From Armatimonadota bacterium (lineage in GTDB: Bacteria; Armatimonadota; UBA5829; DTLH01): a stretch of DNA of 27,900 nucleotides. Below, piece after piece: positions 26,623-27,900 of this stretch. The DNA lies in the NCBI GenBank assembly GCA_039680575.1, contig JBDKSP010000083.1, positions 1 to 27,900 on the forward strand. Reading direction: 5' to 3'. The notes under the pieces were generated by a model. It saw nothing but the letters and a program-made list of their open reading frames with translations, was not told the origin of the DNA and searched no databases. The translations under genes were made by a program, and so were the position numbers. Each line of letters begins with the position of its first letter. Position 1 is the first letter of the stretch.

Positions 26623-26777
26623 CCATAGCTGCTACTAGAAACGGAGACTACTTAGAGTAATTGCCGGCTTTTTATGCGTCGTTTGAACAGCCGAGATGAT
26701 TTAAGCTAGAATAGGTGCTGAGGACGTTGGATATATTGCCTGGTGTAATAGAGGCAACCAATACCTCGGAGGTAAAG

Positions 26778-27731
26778 ATGCATTTAAAAAGGCTTGGTAT
26801 TGTTATCGCGCTGTTGGTTATTTCCGTGTCGTTGGCTGGAGCGCAGACGGAGCTTAAAGTCGGTGATGTCCCACCGGCGTTTTCGGAGAAAGCAGCGGTC
26901 AACGGAGGCCAGATTTCCCTGGAAAGTTATAGGGGTAAGGTTGTTCTGATCGACTTTTGGGCTACCTGGTGCGGTCCGTGCGTAAGAGAGATCCCTAATG
27001 TTAAGGCAATTTACGAGAAGTATAAAGACCAGGACTTCGCTGTAATCGGAATCAGCCTGGACAGGGAACAGAGCAAGTTGGAGGCATTCGTTAAGGATAA
27101 GGGCATAGCATGGCCGCAGATCTTCGACAGACAGGGCAAGATTGCCAATACCTATGGAATACGTTATATTCCGTCTACTTACCTGATTGACAGGGAAGGC
27201 AAGATTACGGCTGTCGAGTTGCGTGGGAATGATCTTGCGGTGGCAGTCGAGGATTTGCTCAAACGCCCACCAGTTGGTGTCGAGATCGGTAATACCGCTC
27301 CCGTTTTTAATGAGAAAGCCACTGATGGGAATCAGATCGATCTCGAAAGCTACAAGGGCAAGGTCGTAATCCTCAACTTTTGGGCGTCACTCAATAAGCC
27401 GTCCATAAAGGAAGCCAAGAATATTGCGGCAGCGTACAATAAATTCAAGGATAAAGGCGTTGCCGTTATCGGCATCGACCTCGATAAAGATCAAAAAACG
27501 CTGGATAAGTTCCTGAAGAAAAACAGAAATATATCCTGGCCGCAGATCTACGACCCCGGTATCCAGAACAACATCTCAACGAAATACAATCTCAAGAAAA
27601 CACCGTACACGTTCATTATCGGGAAGGACGGCAGGATTGTGTCCGTCAACCCCACGGGAGCAGACCTTAAGAAAGCCATCGAGCGGTCGCTTAACAGCGA
27701 GACCGATACTGCGGCTCCGAAAGCTGAGTAG
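26778..27731 (+). CDS. Secreted tandem TlpA/redoxin (thioredoxin-like) protein
   Basis: Signal peptide; domain 1 GKVVLIDFWATWCGPC; domain 2 GKVVILNFWASLNKPS; GGAGGT RBS before ATG 26778. Confidence 0.9.
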   Translation: MHLKRLGIVIALLVISVSLAGAQTELKVGDVPPAFSEKAAVNGGQISLESYRGKVVLIDFWATWCGPCVREIPNVKAIYEKYKDQDFAVIGISLDREQSKLEAFVKDKGIAWPQIFDRQGKIANTYGIRYIPSTYLIDREGKITAVELRGNDLAVAVEDLLKRPPVGVEIGNTAPVFNEKATDGNQIDLESYKGKVVILNFWASLNKPSIKEAKNIAAAYNKFKDKGVAVIGIDLDKDQKTLDKFLKKNRNISWPQIYDPGIQNNISTKYNLKKTPYTFIIGKDGRIVSVNPTGADLKKAIERSLNSETDTAAPKAE

Positions 27732-27839
27732 CAAAGCAAAGACAGATGGGTTTATGCGTTTAGTTGAATAATTACTAAGTAGCCCCCGTTGGTTTCAGTA
27801 GGCTTCCATAGGGAAAGAGTGATAGGAGGTACTATTCCG

Positions 27840-27900
27840 ATGGATGTCTTTCCTCTTGCTACTGAAGACCGACAGTATCTTGAATATGTATTTCGGACAA
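27840..27900 (+). CDS. Start of a CDS truncated by the window end
   Basis: GGAGGT RBS at 27825-27830, ATG 27840, open to the end (MDVFPLATEDRQYLEYVFRT). Confidence 0.4.
   Translation, partial: MDVFPLATEDRQYLEYVFRT

Noticed and set aside
1..27900. CRISPR array, tRNA/rRNA or IS element
   Set aside because: No regularly spaced repeats, RNA gene signatures or transposase ORFs seen

Overview
Bacterial chromosomal window. The gene mix (Omp85, PQQ/BamB-like propeller, PrsA-like PPIase, GAAC-N4-GTTC boxes) suggests a diderm Terrabacteria lineage such as Armatimonadota, but this is inference only. Positions 1-16.8 kb hold housekeeping and carbohydrate genes: xylose isomerase with an apparent ~50-aa internal deletion, TPR protein, dprA, PQQ-repeat protein, sigma70-r4/LuxR-like HTH regulator, PPIase, sugar-phosphate isomerase, CBM9/DUF5916 protein, HAMP-GGDEF-HD-GYP protein, a frameshifted lipoprotein, Omp85 and GH172/DUF2961. 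Positions 17.1-26.6 kb hold a compact, apparently intact phage-derived module: TerS, TerL, DUF935 portal, Mu-like protease with a nested scaffold start, decoration protein, two orphans, Mu gpT-like capsid, two neck proteins, two holin-like proteins and an M23 peptidase. No tail, integrase, transposase, repressor or replication gene is present, and a PocR-GGDEF gene splits the module on the opposite strand. A LexA-type box precedes the module, and a near-identical promoter layout precedes the HTH regulator 11 kb away. The best candidate for a new system is a domesticated, SOS-controlled, tail-less or split-locus GTA-like DNA-packaging particle.
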